Source: an uncultured bacterium (GTDB lineage: Bacteria; Oederibacteriota; Oederibacteriia; Oederibacteriales; Oederibacteriaceae). From it: 64,000 nucleotides of DNA. The stretch covers positions 1,472,001-1,536,000 of the forward strand of contig OZ218778.1 of the NCBI GenBank assembly GCA_965112635.1, in the 5' to 3' direction. A program made the translations under genes and the position numbers. This document shows, piece by piece, positions 28,331 through 37,246 of this stretch (positions are counted from its first letter, which is position 1; each line of letters opens with the position of its first letter). Below the pieces are notes generated by a model. That model made no database searches, was not told the origin of the DNA, and was given only the letters and a program-made list of their open reading frames with translations.

Positions 28331-29724
28331 GGGGGAAAATATTGCTTAGTAAAACCATATATATATTAATCATTTTTCTATTCTTTAGCGTTCCGTTAAA
28401 TGCCCAGAATACGGTTACTGTTTCCGGGACCTCTTCTTCCCCGGCATCTGCTTATCAAAGTGTGACCAATCTAGCTATGATCAAACTCAATCTCAAGTCT
28501 AATCCGGGTAATTCAATTCTCCTTCAACTGGGAATAAATCGTACGGGTACTCCAGGTACGCAGGGAGACAACGATATCTTGGCTGTCAAACTTGTCAAGT
28601 ACGATTCAGGCAGTTCATTTACGATCAATGTTGGAGCTACCAGCCTACCGGCAACAGAGGTTTCTTTTCCTGCATTGTTCCAAAATGGAACTGCAACATT
28701 ATATACAATTAATCCGGGTGGAGAAACTATTACGGCTGCAGGGCAAGATTATTATATTACTTATGATATTAACCCTGGTGCTAAAGTTGGTGATTTGGTC
28801 GGAGTAACAATCAGCGCCAATGCAGATATTACCCTGGACACTTCTAATTTGGTTGCGCCTGCTAATTTTGGCATGGCCAGTGGTTTAATGACTATCCTCA
28901 ATTATCCAAATAATATAACAACCGCAATAGTTGGGATTAATCCTTCACAGGTATGCCCTGGTGAAAAAGTAGTCGGTTTTGTCAAATTAGGTCTAACTAC
29001 TAATGTTTCCACTAGCACATTATCCGAATTGGATATTACTCGTTATGGTGCAAGTAGTGATTCTGATGTAGGTGTAGTAAAGCTTTATAAAGACACGAAT
29101 TATTCTGGAACATTTGAACCTGGACAGGACACGTTGATTGCTAGTGCCAATTTTGCAAGTGGTGTTGCCAGCCTAATGCTTACTCAAACAGCCGAGGTAA
29201 TAACTCAAATACCTTGGTATTACTTTGTTGTTTATGATATTAGTCAGACTGCGACAATCAATGATACTTTAGGTCTACAGATTGCATCAACAAGCGCTTT
29301 TCATTTCTTGGAAGCCGGGAATGTCGTAACAAATAGCAGTATATTTCCTTGGAATTCAAATTCATTGTCGATTATAACCGTATCCACTCCAGTGCCGACG
29401 CCAAGTTGTGTCAGTGTTTCGAATAAATTTTGCATCCAAAATAATATCATTAATATTCAAAGTCAGGGGCAAGGTTCAGGTACCCGTCAAGCTAATATTC
29501 TCTATTCCGTAGAATATCCTGTTGACTTGGTATCTATCCAGATATTCGATAAGGCCGGGAAGTTGGCCAAAACTCTTGTTAATAAATATATGAATCCCGG
29601 ACAAAATTCCATCTCTTGGGATGGTACTAATAACGGTGGATCTCTAGTAACGCCTGGAGTTTATATTGTTGTTGTAAAAATGCATGATTTTGTAGAAAAA
29701 CGCAAAATAGTAGTTGTTAGGTGA
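28327..29724 (+). CDS. AT-rich secreted protein with two repeated beta-rich domains and a C-terminal FlgD-Ig/T9SS-like sorting domain
   Basis: Signal peptide; repeat units (..VKL.K....F..G.A.L..E.IT....Y...YDI); C-terminus IQIFDKAGKLAKTL..WDGTNNGGSLVTPGVYIVVV..RKIVVVR. Confidence 0.8.
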   Translation: MRGKILLSKTIYILIIFLFFSVPLNAQNTVTVSGTSSSPASAYQSVTNLAMIKLNLKSNPGNSILLQLGINRTGTPGTQGDNDILAVKLVKYDSGSSFTINVGATSLPATEVSFPALFQNGTATLYTINPGGETITAAGQDYYITYDINPGAKVGDLVGVTISANADITLDTSNLVAPANFGMASGLMTILNYPNNITTAIVGINPSQVCPGEKVVGFVKLGLTTNVSTSTLSELDITRYGASSDSDVGVVKLYKDTNYSGTFEPGQDTLIASANFASGVASLMLTQTAEVITQIPWYYFVVYDISQTATINDTLGLQIASTSAFHFLEAGNVVTNSSIFPWNSNSLSIITVSTPVPTPSCVSVSNKFCIQNNIINIQSQGQGSGTRQANILYSVEYPVDLVSIQIFDKAGKLAKTLVNKYMNPGQNSISWDGTNNGGSLVTPGVYIVVVKMHDFVEKRKIVVVR

Positions 29725-29861
29725 CCTTTGGTTACAATTCACCAGTGGCGGTAGATACTAATGGGTTTGGACTGAGCAACGGACTTTATTTCTACAGCGT
29801 TGATGTTGTTCGTGGTTCCAGTCATGTGAAACAGGCTGGGAAAATCGCCATCACCCGCTGA
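29721..29861 (+). pseudogene. Orphan T9SS-like C-terminal sorting-domain fragment (46 codons, absent from ORF track)
   Basis: Translates VTFGYNSPVAVDTNGFGLSNGLYFYSVDVVRGSSHVKQAGKIAITR*; GTGA overlap with upstream stop. Confidence 0.65.
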
Positions 29862-29889
29862 AATTTCAAATCATTGGAGCAATAAAATA

Positions 29890-30783
29890 ATGAAAACAAA
29901 ATGGTTGGTGGTACTACTTTTTATCTTTCCAATATCCCTGTCAGGCCAGACTACGGGCCCGGACTATCTTAAGTTTGACCTGTGCCCCAGGGCTATGGGT
30001 ATGGGCGGGGCTTATGTGGCCGTGGCTGATGACAGCCAGGCGCTATTTTGGAATCCGGCCGGCCTGGCTTCGGTCAAGGGAGGGGACCTCACTTTTTCCC
30101 ATCTGGCCAGCTTTAGCGACGCCACCTATGAGAGGCTGGATGGCGCTTTTAACCTGATGCAGTTGGGGATAGGGTGCAGTCTGTTCTATTCCCAGGATAA
30201 CAATTTAACCTCAACCAATGACCAGGGCCAGGACACGGGCAACATTGTCAGCTATGACTGGATGGTCAACCTAGGTGTCGCTAAACAATGGGGGGATTAC
30301 AAGGCGGGATTGGTGGTCAAAACATTCCATACGCACCTACTGGACATGTATTCACAGGGTGTGGCCCTGGACGGGGGAGCTGATTATGACTGTCCCTTTG
30401 TACCGGTTACGGTGGGCGCAGCTGTCCAAAATATAGGGAGCCAGTCAGCTTTGGTGAGCGGGGGAGCAGTAGTTTCTCTGCCTAGCCGGGTCAGGATGGG
30501 GCTGATGTGGAGGCTGGTCAGGACAGCCCTGCAGGACCTGTCTTTGGCCGGGGAAGGCGATGTGCCTTTTAGCAGTGATGACAGAGTTATGGGTGGAATA
30601 GGCGGAGAATATACCTGGGATAAGATGGTCAGCGTAAGGGCGGGATACCAGATGGGACAGGACAAGGCCAGTTATACCCTGGGGGCAGGGTTTTGTTACG
30701 GCTATTGGCGGTTTGACTACGCCTATGCGCCCCTGGACTATCTGGGCGCCAACCAATGGTTCAGCCTGAGCGTCAGGGAATAG
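29890..30783 (+). CDS. PorV/PorQ (UPF0164)-like outer-membrane beta-barrel
   Basis: Signal peptide, YLKFDLCPRAMGMGGAYVAVADDSQALFWNPAGLA, VRAGY, FDYAY, alternating beta strands. Confidence 0.85.
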   Translation: MKTKWLVVLLFIFPISLSGQTTGPDYLKFDLCPRAMGMGGAYVAVADDSQALFWNPAGLASVKGGDLTFSHLASFSDATYERLDGAFNLMQLGIGCSLFYSQDNNLTSTNDQGQDTGNIVSYDWMVNLGVAKQWGDYKAGLVVKTFHTHLLDMYSQGVALDGGADYDCPFVPVTVGAAVQNIGSQSALVSGGAVVSLPSRVRMGLMWRLVRTALQDLSLAGEGDVPFSSDDRVMGGIGGEYTWDKMVSVRAGYQMGQDKASYTLGAGFCYGYWRFDYAYAPLDYLGANQWFSLSVRE

Positions 30784-30859
30784 CCTCTTTTAGGGTTGGG
30801 GTATAAATCTCTGTATTTTATAAGCACAAAATAGCGCATAATAAAGTTCGGGTGTGGGT

Positions 30860-31008
30860 CTTCCACGGGCAGAGCCCGTGGCTCCCACAAAACATTCAGC
30901 CAGCTTTGCTGGCTGACCCAAGGAGTATCCTCCTTTGGAATCCTCTCGGAAAGGAACGGTCTATTGAACTTGCGTTTTTTCATCCACGGGCAAAGCCCGT
31001 GGTCTTCT
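30860..31008. mobile_element. Non-autonomous IS200/IS605-like palindromic element (PATE/REP-like)
   Basis: Hairpins CCACGGGCAGAGCCCGTGG (30863-30881) and TTCAT-CCACGGGCAAAGCCCGTGG (30984-31002) flank two internal hairpins. Confidence 0.65.
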
Positions 31009-31054
31009 AATCGCCTCCCGATAAATATTTTGCTGGTTTTGTGGAAGAGGTCCC

Positions 31055-31468
31055 ATGAAATTCCATACCGAATACCTTTGGTTCAATACTAAAAAACACA
31101 GGGAATACATCAATATCACCCCTGAAGTGGACAAGGCCTTGGCCAAGTCCGGCATCCAGGAGGGCATGGTCCTGGTCTCGGCCATGCACATCACAGCCGG
31201 GGTTTATATCAACGACGCGGAGTCGGGGCTCATTCAGGATATCGACGAATGGGCCGAGAGGGTGGCTCCTTTTAAGGAGAATTACCAGCACCACCACACG
31301 GGCGAAACCAACGGCGACAGCCACCTCAAAAGCCTCCTGATCGGGCATGAGGTGGTCATTCCTGTGACAGGGGGCAAGCTGGATTTTGGGCCATGGCAGC
31401 AGGTCTATTACGCTGAATTTGACGGCCAGCGCAAGAAAAAGCTCGTTATCAAGATCATGGGAGAGTAA
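31055..31468 (+). CDS. yjbQ: YjbQ family protein
   Basis: [43 protein letters not shown]. Confidence 0.93.
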   Translation: MKFHTEYLWFNTKKHREYINITPEVDKALAKSGIQEGMVLVSAMHITAGVYINDAESGLIQDIDEWAERVAPFKENYQHHHTGETNGDSHLKSLLIGHEVVIPVTGGKLDFGPWQQVYYAEFDGQRKKKLVIKIMGE

Positions 31469-31537
31469 ACCGCGTTGAAAATTGGTTAAAACTGGCATAT
31501 ATTTAAATCACTTCCCTAATCCTGTCAGGAAAGGGTC

Positions 31538-32836
31538 ATGCGAATGCACCAATTTCCATCCAGGGCCCAAAAGGTCATCCTTTTAGCCATCCTCTTTTCC
31601 ATTCCCCTGGCGGTCTTAGCCAATGTCCCGAGCGGGCCGATCATCACCCTTGTTGCCGGAACCCCCCAGCAGAACGGATACAGCGGAGACGGCGGCCAGG
31701 CCACTCAGGCTAAGCTCAATTATCTTGGGAATGTGGTCGTGGACAACCAGGGCAATATCTATGTGGCCGACCACAACAATCATATGGTCAGAAAGATCGA
31801 CATCAGCGGTTTCATTTCTCTCTATTCGGACTTAAGGCCGATGAATGGGGGCCCCTGGGGCCTTTATATGGACGGGAATAACGATCTCTATATCACGGAT
31901 AATAACAACAGGCGCCTTTACCGGCAAACGCCGCTTTCAAGCACTCTGACCAGGATCGACCCGATCTCAAGTTATTTGAGCGGACCCTCCGCGGTCACCG
32001 TGGATAACAGCGGCAATATTTATGTCTGCGACTGGAATAACAGCGCGGTCTATAAAGAGGATACACACGGGAACGTGACCACGTTTTTGAATGCTTCCAC
32101 CAACCTTGGGTCGGGGGCGCATATCGGTTCTCCCTCGGGGATCTGGGTCGATCCATCTGGGAACATTTATCTGTCCGATTCCTGGGGTTATGACGGCACT
32201 GCATGGACCACCTTTTTGTTGAAGATCGATACCCAATTCCATATCACCCGGTTGTTGGACGGCTCGCCCCTGGGAGGCATCGAATCTCTGAGCTATGACG
32301 GCGCGGGCGGCGACCTCCTCCTCGCGGATGACAGCGATTACGTCTACAAATACAACATTTCCAGCACGGCTTTGACCGCTTTGGCCGGTAACGGCAGTTA
32401 CGGGTATTCCGGGGACGGCGGTCCTGCTTTGTCGGCCAAGCTCTATTATCCCAACGGCGCGGCCAGCGATAGTTACGGGAACGTGTATATCGCCGACGCG
32501 GATAATTATATCGTCAGGAAAGTTGCCAAGGTCGTTCCGCCCCAGCCAGGCTACGCGCCGGTTGCCGGACCCAATATCGTGGCGGCGCCCATGCCGGTCA
32601 AAGCGGGACAGCAGGTCTGTCTGTACTACGACACCGCGCCGGCTTCGGCCAAGTGGACGGTCTACAATACCGCCGGGGAGGTCGTGGCGGCGCTTAATTT
32701 CAGCGGGCCGGCCAGGCAGTGCTGGGACACCGGAGCGGCCAAGCTCGCGCCCGGGTTGTATTGGGTCCAGATCAAAGGGGTCAACCCGGACAACACGTAT
32801 TATGTGGAATGGAAACGCATCGCCGTAAAACCCTAG
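31538..32836 (+). CDS. NHL-repeat beta-propeller secreted protein with T9SS-like C-terminal domain
   Basis: GYSGDGGQATQAKL, VDNQGNIYVAD and GYSGDGGPALSAKL repeats; C-terminus VYNTAGEVV..WD..LAPGLYWVQI..KRIAVKP. Confidence 0.85.
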   Translation: MRMHQFPSRAQKVILLAILFSIPLAVLANVPSGPIITLVAGTPQQNGYSGDGGQATQAKLNYLGNVVVDNQGNIYVADHNNHMVRKIDISGFISLYSDLRPMNGGPWGLYMDGNNDLYITDNNNRRLYRQTPLSSTLTRIDPISSYLSGPSAVTVDNSGNIYVCDWNNSAVYKEDTHGNVTTFLNASTNLGSGAHIGSPSGIWVDPSGNIYLSDSWGYDGTAWTTFLLKIDTQFHITRLLDGSPLGGIESLSYDGAGGDLLLADDSDYVYKYNISSTALTALAGNGSYGYSGDGGPALSAKLYYPNGAASDSYGNVYIADADNYIVRKVAKVVPPQPGYAPVAGPNIVAAPMPVKAGQQVCLYYDTAPASAKWTVYNTAGEVVAALNFSGPARQCWDTGAAKLAPGLYWVQIKGVNPDNTYYVEWKRIAVKP

Positions 32837-33036
32837 GTCAAGACAGAGGGCCTTTTTAATACCGAGGAGAGCAAAAGCAGCCTGGTCTTGGCCGCGGACG
32901 CCAACCTGTCCCCAACCGACAGCAACCAGCCAGCAATTGTCTTTGTTCTTTAATTTTTGACCGGGGCAAACGCCCTCTCCCGCATCGAACGGGCAGTCCT
33001 TCCTTTCTAGGCCCAAAAGTCGTAGAATAGTTTTTT

Positions 33037-35274
33037 ATGATATGGAAACAGCCTCTTCCTCCACTCATTGAACGCAAACTTAAACAGATCCTGGGTGCCC
33101 GCGAACAGGTGTTGGTGCAAGTGTCCTCCGACCTGTCCAGCCGGGCGTTGTTCGAGGAGTCCTGGCTCGTGGTCACGGACCGCCGGATCCTGAACTTTGA
33201 AGCCAAAGCCGGACAGAAACCCAGGATAGACCTGGACCTAGCCATAAGTTCGGTGACCAAGTCCTACACCCGGCCGATGGTGGGCGGGGGAGCCTTGATC
33301 GCGGAGACCCGAAAACAGCATTACCGGGTCCTCTTGTTCAGCAATTCTCTTTCTGAGCGTTTCGCCCATCTGGCCAAAGGCATTCGTGACCTGGCTAAAG
33401 GCCGGAAGCTGGACCTGCCGGACGACCTGCCTTCGGCGCGGTGCAACCGGTGCGGCAGGCTGGTGCCCCGCAGGCAGGAACGCTGCCCTTTTTGCATCCG
33501 TTATTTTGAAGCCCTGCGCCGCATCCTGGTCTATCTTAAGCCTTACGCCTGGCTGTCTGTTCTGGCCGTGCTGGTCACGAGCATCGCCACCCTGACCCAG
33601 CTGATCCCTCCCCTGATCACGCGTAACATCATTGACGTGGCCATCCCGGGCAAGAACATTTCCAGGCTGGCCTGGCTGGTCATCGGTTTTGGGGCGGTCA
33701 ACCTGGTCTACGCGGTGCTGGTGGTCTTCAACAACAGGCTTTTGGCCTGGCTGGGCGGCCGGGTCGGGACGGACATCCGCTCCCAGGTGTTCCAGGCCGT
33801 GGAAAGGCTGACCCTGACCTTTTTTGACCGCAGGCATTTGGGCCACATCATGTCCCGGGTCGTCAACGACAGCGGCCAGCTCCAGCACTTTTTGATAGAC
33901 GGTTTTCCCTACATTTTCCAGAACATCATAACCCTGGCGGGTATCATTATTATCCTGGCATCTTACTCTCCTATACTGACGCTCCTTATCATGATCCCGG
34001 TGCCTTTCATTTTCGTGGGCCAGTTCGTTTTCTGGAGGGTCGCCCGGAGCATCAACCATAAATGGTGGAACCAGTACTCCCTCCTGAACCAGCGCCTGGG
34101 CGAGTCCATCTCCGGGGTCAGGGTGGTCAAGGCCTTTTTCCAGGAACAACGGGAGATCGGCCGCTTTGACAAGCAGAACCAGAGGCTTTTCAAGGCGCAG
34201 TTCGTGGCGGACAGTTTTTGGGGCATGTTCAATCCCGGCATGCAGTTCTTCGTCTCCTCGGGCATCCTCATCGTGTGGTACGTGGGCGGCCAAAAGGCCA
34301 TGAACCAAACCATGAGCATCGGTACCCTGGTGGCTTTTATCTCCTACCTGTGGATGTTCTACGGGCCGCTTCAATGGTTCAACCTGGTCAACAACTGGAT
34401 GTCCCAGGCTTTTGCCGGGGCGGAGAGGATCTTCGAGACCATGGACACCCAGGCCGAGGTGTATGAGCCGCCGGACGCCAAACCTTTGCCGACCATCCGG
34501 GGTTCCATTGAGTTCAAAAAGGTCACCTTTGCCTACGAAAAAGGCAAGCAGGCCCTGAACAACGTAAGCTTCAAGATCAAGCCCGGCGAAATGATCGGTT
34601 TTGTGGGCAAGTCCGGGTCGGGCAAGACCACCCTTTTGGGACTTTTGTGCCGGTTCTATGTGCCGGACGAGGGAGAAATATTAGTGGATGGCATCCCCAT
34701 CAACCAGATCAGGCTGGAGGACCTGCGCAGGCATTTCGGGCTGGTCCTGCAGGACCCGTTCCTGTTCGGTTCTTCCATCTACGAAAATATTTCTTACAGC
34801 CGGTCTGACTCGAAGATCGAGGAGGTCCTGCTGGCTGCCCGGGCTGCCAATGCCCACGACTTTATCATGACCAAGCCGGACGCTTATGACACCCGGGTGG
34901 GCGAGCGGGGCAACCGCCTGTCCGGCGGGGAAAAGCAGAGGATCTCCATTGCCAGGGCCATCCTGCACGACCCGCGGGTCCTCATCCTGGACGAGGCCAC
35001 TTCTTCGGTGGACTCGGAGACAGAGTCCAAGATCCAGCAGGCCCTGGACAGGCTGGTGAGCCAGCGGACCACCCTGGTCTCGGCGCACCGGTTGTCCACC
35101 CTGCGCAACGCCGACCGGATCTTCGTGATGGAGGAGGGCCGCATCGCGGAGATCGGTTCGCACAAGCAGTTGATGGCCCGCCGGGGCAAGTATTTCCGCA
35201 TCGTCAAGGCACAGGAAAAGATGTGGCGTAAGGGTAAGAAAAACCTTTCATTGGCCGGCGGCAAGGGGGCATGA
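33037..35274 (+). CDS. ABC exporter (TMD+NBD) with N-terminal extra domain and CxxC...CxxC zinc ribbon
   Basis: Walker A GKSGSGKTT, LSGGEKQRISIARA, ILDEATS; CNRCGR..CPFC before the TMD. Confidence 0.92.
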   Translation: MIWKQPLPPLIERKLKQILGAREQVLVQVSSDLSSRALFEESWLVVTDRRILNFEAKAGQKPRIDLDLAISSVTKSYTRPMVGGGALIAETRKQHYRVLLFSNSLSERFAHLAKGIRDLAKGRKLDLPDDLPSARCNRCGRLVPRRQERCPFCIRYFEALRRILVYLKPYAWLSVLAVLVTSIATLTQLIPPLITRNIIDVAIPGKNISRLAWLVIGFGAVNLVYAVLVVFNNRLLAWLGGRVGTDIRSQVFQAVERLTLTFFDRRHLGHIMSRVVNDSGQLQHFLIDGFPYIFQNIITLAGIIIILASYSPILTLLIMIPVPFIFVGQFVFWRVARSINHKWWNQYSLLNQRLGESISGVRVVKAFFQEQREIGRFDKQNQRLFKAQFVADSFWGMFNPGMQFFVSSGILIVWYVGGQKAMNQTMSIGTLVAFISYLWMFYGPLQWFNLVNNWMSQAFAGAERIFETMDTQAEVYEPPDAKPLPTIRGSIEFKKVTFAYEKGKQALNNVSFKIKPGEMIGFVGKSGSGKTTLLGLLCRFYVPDEGEILVDGIPINQIRLEDLRRHFGLVLQDPFLFGSSIYENISYSRSDSKIEEVLLAARAANAHDFIMTKPDAYDTRVGERGNRLSGGEKQRISIARAILHDPRVLILDEATSSVDSETESKIQQALDRLVSQRTTLVSAHRLSTLRNADRIFVMEEGRIAEIGSHKQLMARRGKYFRIVKAQEKMWRKGKKNLSLAGGKGA

Positions 35275-35783
35275 TGAGGAGAAGGACGCCAAAACTCAGA
35301 GGTTTCAGGATTTTTGAGGCAGACCAGGTCAGGCTGGAACTCAACCCGGACAGGACCGTGAAATTGCGTTACGAGGACAAGGTCTATCCCCGGGTCAAGA
35401 TAGTGCTGTGCCGGCCTCTTTACGACCCGGACCACTACGCCAGCGTACAGACCACCAAGCACAAGGAGATCGGCATCATCCGGCCGGTCAAGGGTTTGCG
35501 CAAAGCGGACCGGGAGGTAGTGCAGGAAAGCCTCCTGGGATACTACCTCACTTGCCGCATCAAAAGGGTCGTGTCTTTGGCGCACCAGTTCGGGGCTGTC
35601 TACTGGAGCGTGGAAACGGATAAAGGGCCCAGGGAGTTCGTCATCAGGGGAATTTCCGAGCATGTGCGCTGGCTGGCGGATTCCAGGCTGTTGATCACGG
35701 ATGTGGATGGCAACCGCTTTGAGATCCCTGATATGGAAAAACTGGACAAAGCCAGCCAGAACTATATCGATCTAGTCCTTTAA
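35271..35783 (+). CDS. DUF1854 family protein
   Basis: PLYDPDHY.S..EIGII, YWSVETDKGPREF, LITDVDGNRFEIPD..LD..S; ATGA coupled to ABC gene. Confidence 0.8.
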   Translation: MMRRRTPKLRGFRIFEADQVRLELNPDRTVKLRYEDKVYPRVKIVLCRPLYDPDHYASVQTTKHKEIGIIRPVKGLRKADREVVQESLLGYYLTCRIKRVVSLAHQFGAVYWSVETDKGPREFVIRGISEHVRWLADSRLLITDVDGNRFEIPDMEKLDKASQNYIDLVL

Positions 35784-35820
35784 GTTCTTGGTGGGATAAA
35801 AAAACAAGCAGGCGGTAGAC

Positions 35821-37116
35821 ATGGGCATCCCAAAAAACCACGCCAAATCAATCCTTTTATTAGCGGTTTTCTTCCTGTGCCTTTTACCTGCCGCGATTTC
35901 CTGGGCCGCCACCGCGGGGGTCTATTGTTATAACGTGGCCATGGATTACGCCAAAAAAAAGGATTACGACAAGGTCATCGAGTTTTATACCAAAGCTTTG
36001 GACCTGGAGCTGACCTATCCGTATAACGCCTACGCTTACTGCAGCCGCGGGTTTGCCTATGACCAAAAAGGCGAACACGACAAGGCCATCCAGGATTACA
36101 CCAAGTCGCTTTCACTAAAGCCGGACAATGAGATCGCCTACCATCTCCGCGGATGCGATTATATGGCCAAAGGGAAGCTTGACGAAGCCCTGGAAGATTT
36201 TAACCAAGCCATCTGGCAGAAATCAGATTTTGAGGATGCCTTTGATAACCGGGGTTCTCTCTTTACCCTTAAAGGAGAGTATGATCTGGCCATCGAGGAT
36301 TTCACCAAGGCCATCTGGATAAAACCGAACGACCCCGAGCCTTATGTTTACCGCGGGAATGCCTACCATGAACAGGGTCAGTACAGCCGGGCCATCGGGG
36401 ACTACTGCAAAGCCATTTCGCTCAAGCCGGATGATGAAGACGCCTACAACGACCGGGGAGCCACCTATTGCGTCAAAGGCGAGTATGGCAAGGCCGTGGG
36501 GGACTATAACAAAGCCGTCACGCTCAAGCCTGATGATTTCAAGACAGCCGGCTATCTTGGCTGGATGTTTTTTATGCAGGGAAAATTGGACCAGGCCCTA
36601 GGGCAGTACGAGAAAGTCCTGGGTAATAAAAAACAGAAAAATAACCTCGGTTATTTTTACATGAACGAGATCATTGCCTTGCAGGAGAAAAAAGACAACA
36701 AGCAGATGCAGGACGCCTGGCAAAAAGCCAATGCTTATTTAAAAGGCAGGATCAGGAGAGAACCTCTGTCTCCCGATAATTATTTTTATCTGGCGGCCGT
36801 GGATAGCGAAGCTGGAGAGGAGCTGGATATGGCCCTGGCCATGGCTCAGAAGATGATGAAAATAAATCCTTCGCCCGAAAATCTGTATATTTTGGGACTT
36901 GGTTATTACAAAAAAGGCGAACTTTCCAACGCCATTGAAAACATGGAAAAATCCCTGGCCGTCAACCCGAACGACCCCTGGCACCTCTACCGGCTGGGGC
37001 TGGTTTACAGGGATGCCGGCCAGCTGGCCAAAGCTAAAAAGGTTTGGGAGCAGGGGCTGCTGGTCAATCCCAGACACCGCCTCATCAAAAAGGAACTGGC
37101 AAAACTTCCCCGATGA
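35821..37116 (+). CDS. Secreted TPR-repeat protein
   Basis: Signal peptide; repeated AY..RG..Y...GEY..AI.DY.KAI.LKP. Confidence 0.9.
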   Translation: MGIPKNHAKSILLLAVFFLCLLPAAISWAATAGVYCYNVAMDYAKKKDYDKVIEFYTKALDLELTYPYNAYAYCSRGFAYDQKGEHDKAIQDYTKSLSLKPDNEIAYHLRGCDYMAKGKLDEALEDFNQAIWQKSDFEDAFDNRGSLFTLKGEYDLAIEDFTKAIWIKPNDPEPYVYRGNAYHEQGQYSRAIGDYCKAISLKPDDEDAYNDRGATYCVKGEYGKAVGDYNKAVTLKPDDFKTAGYLGWMFFMQGKLDQALGQYEKVLGNKKQKNNLGYFYMNEIIALQEKKDNKQMQDAWQKANAYLKGRIRREPLSPDNYFYLAAVDSEAGEELDMALAMAQKMMKINPSPENLYILGLGYYKKGELSNAIENMEKSLAVNPNDPWHLYRLGLVYRDAGQLAKAKKVWEQGLLVNPRHRLIKKELAKLPR

Positions 37117-37246
37117 TCAAGACGGATACCCAGGCCCTTCCTTCAGTTTTTCAATACAATAGGCAGGCTTTTTTCTATAGCGGGTTTGGGGGTAATATGA
37201 CAAAATTGTCTTTCCAAATCCAGGGGTCGGAAAAGGCGCATGCGTC

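Noticed and set aside
29716-29722. Integron core site GTTAGGT (GTTRRRY)
   Set aside because: No RYYYAAC inverse core, attC stem or integrase visible
32834-32953. TAG read-through (pyrrolysine-like) of the NHL gene; frame stays open for 38 codons
   Set aside because: The protein already ends in a complete CTD motif and no pyl genes are seen; chance or gene remnant
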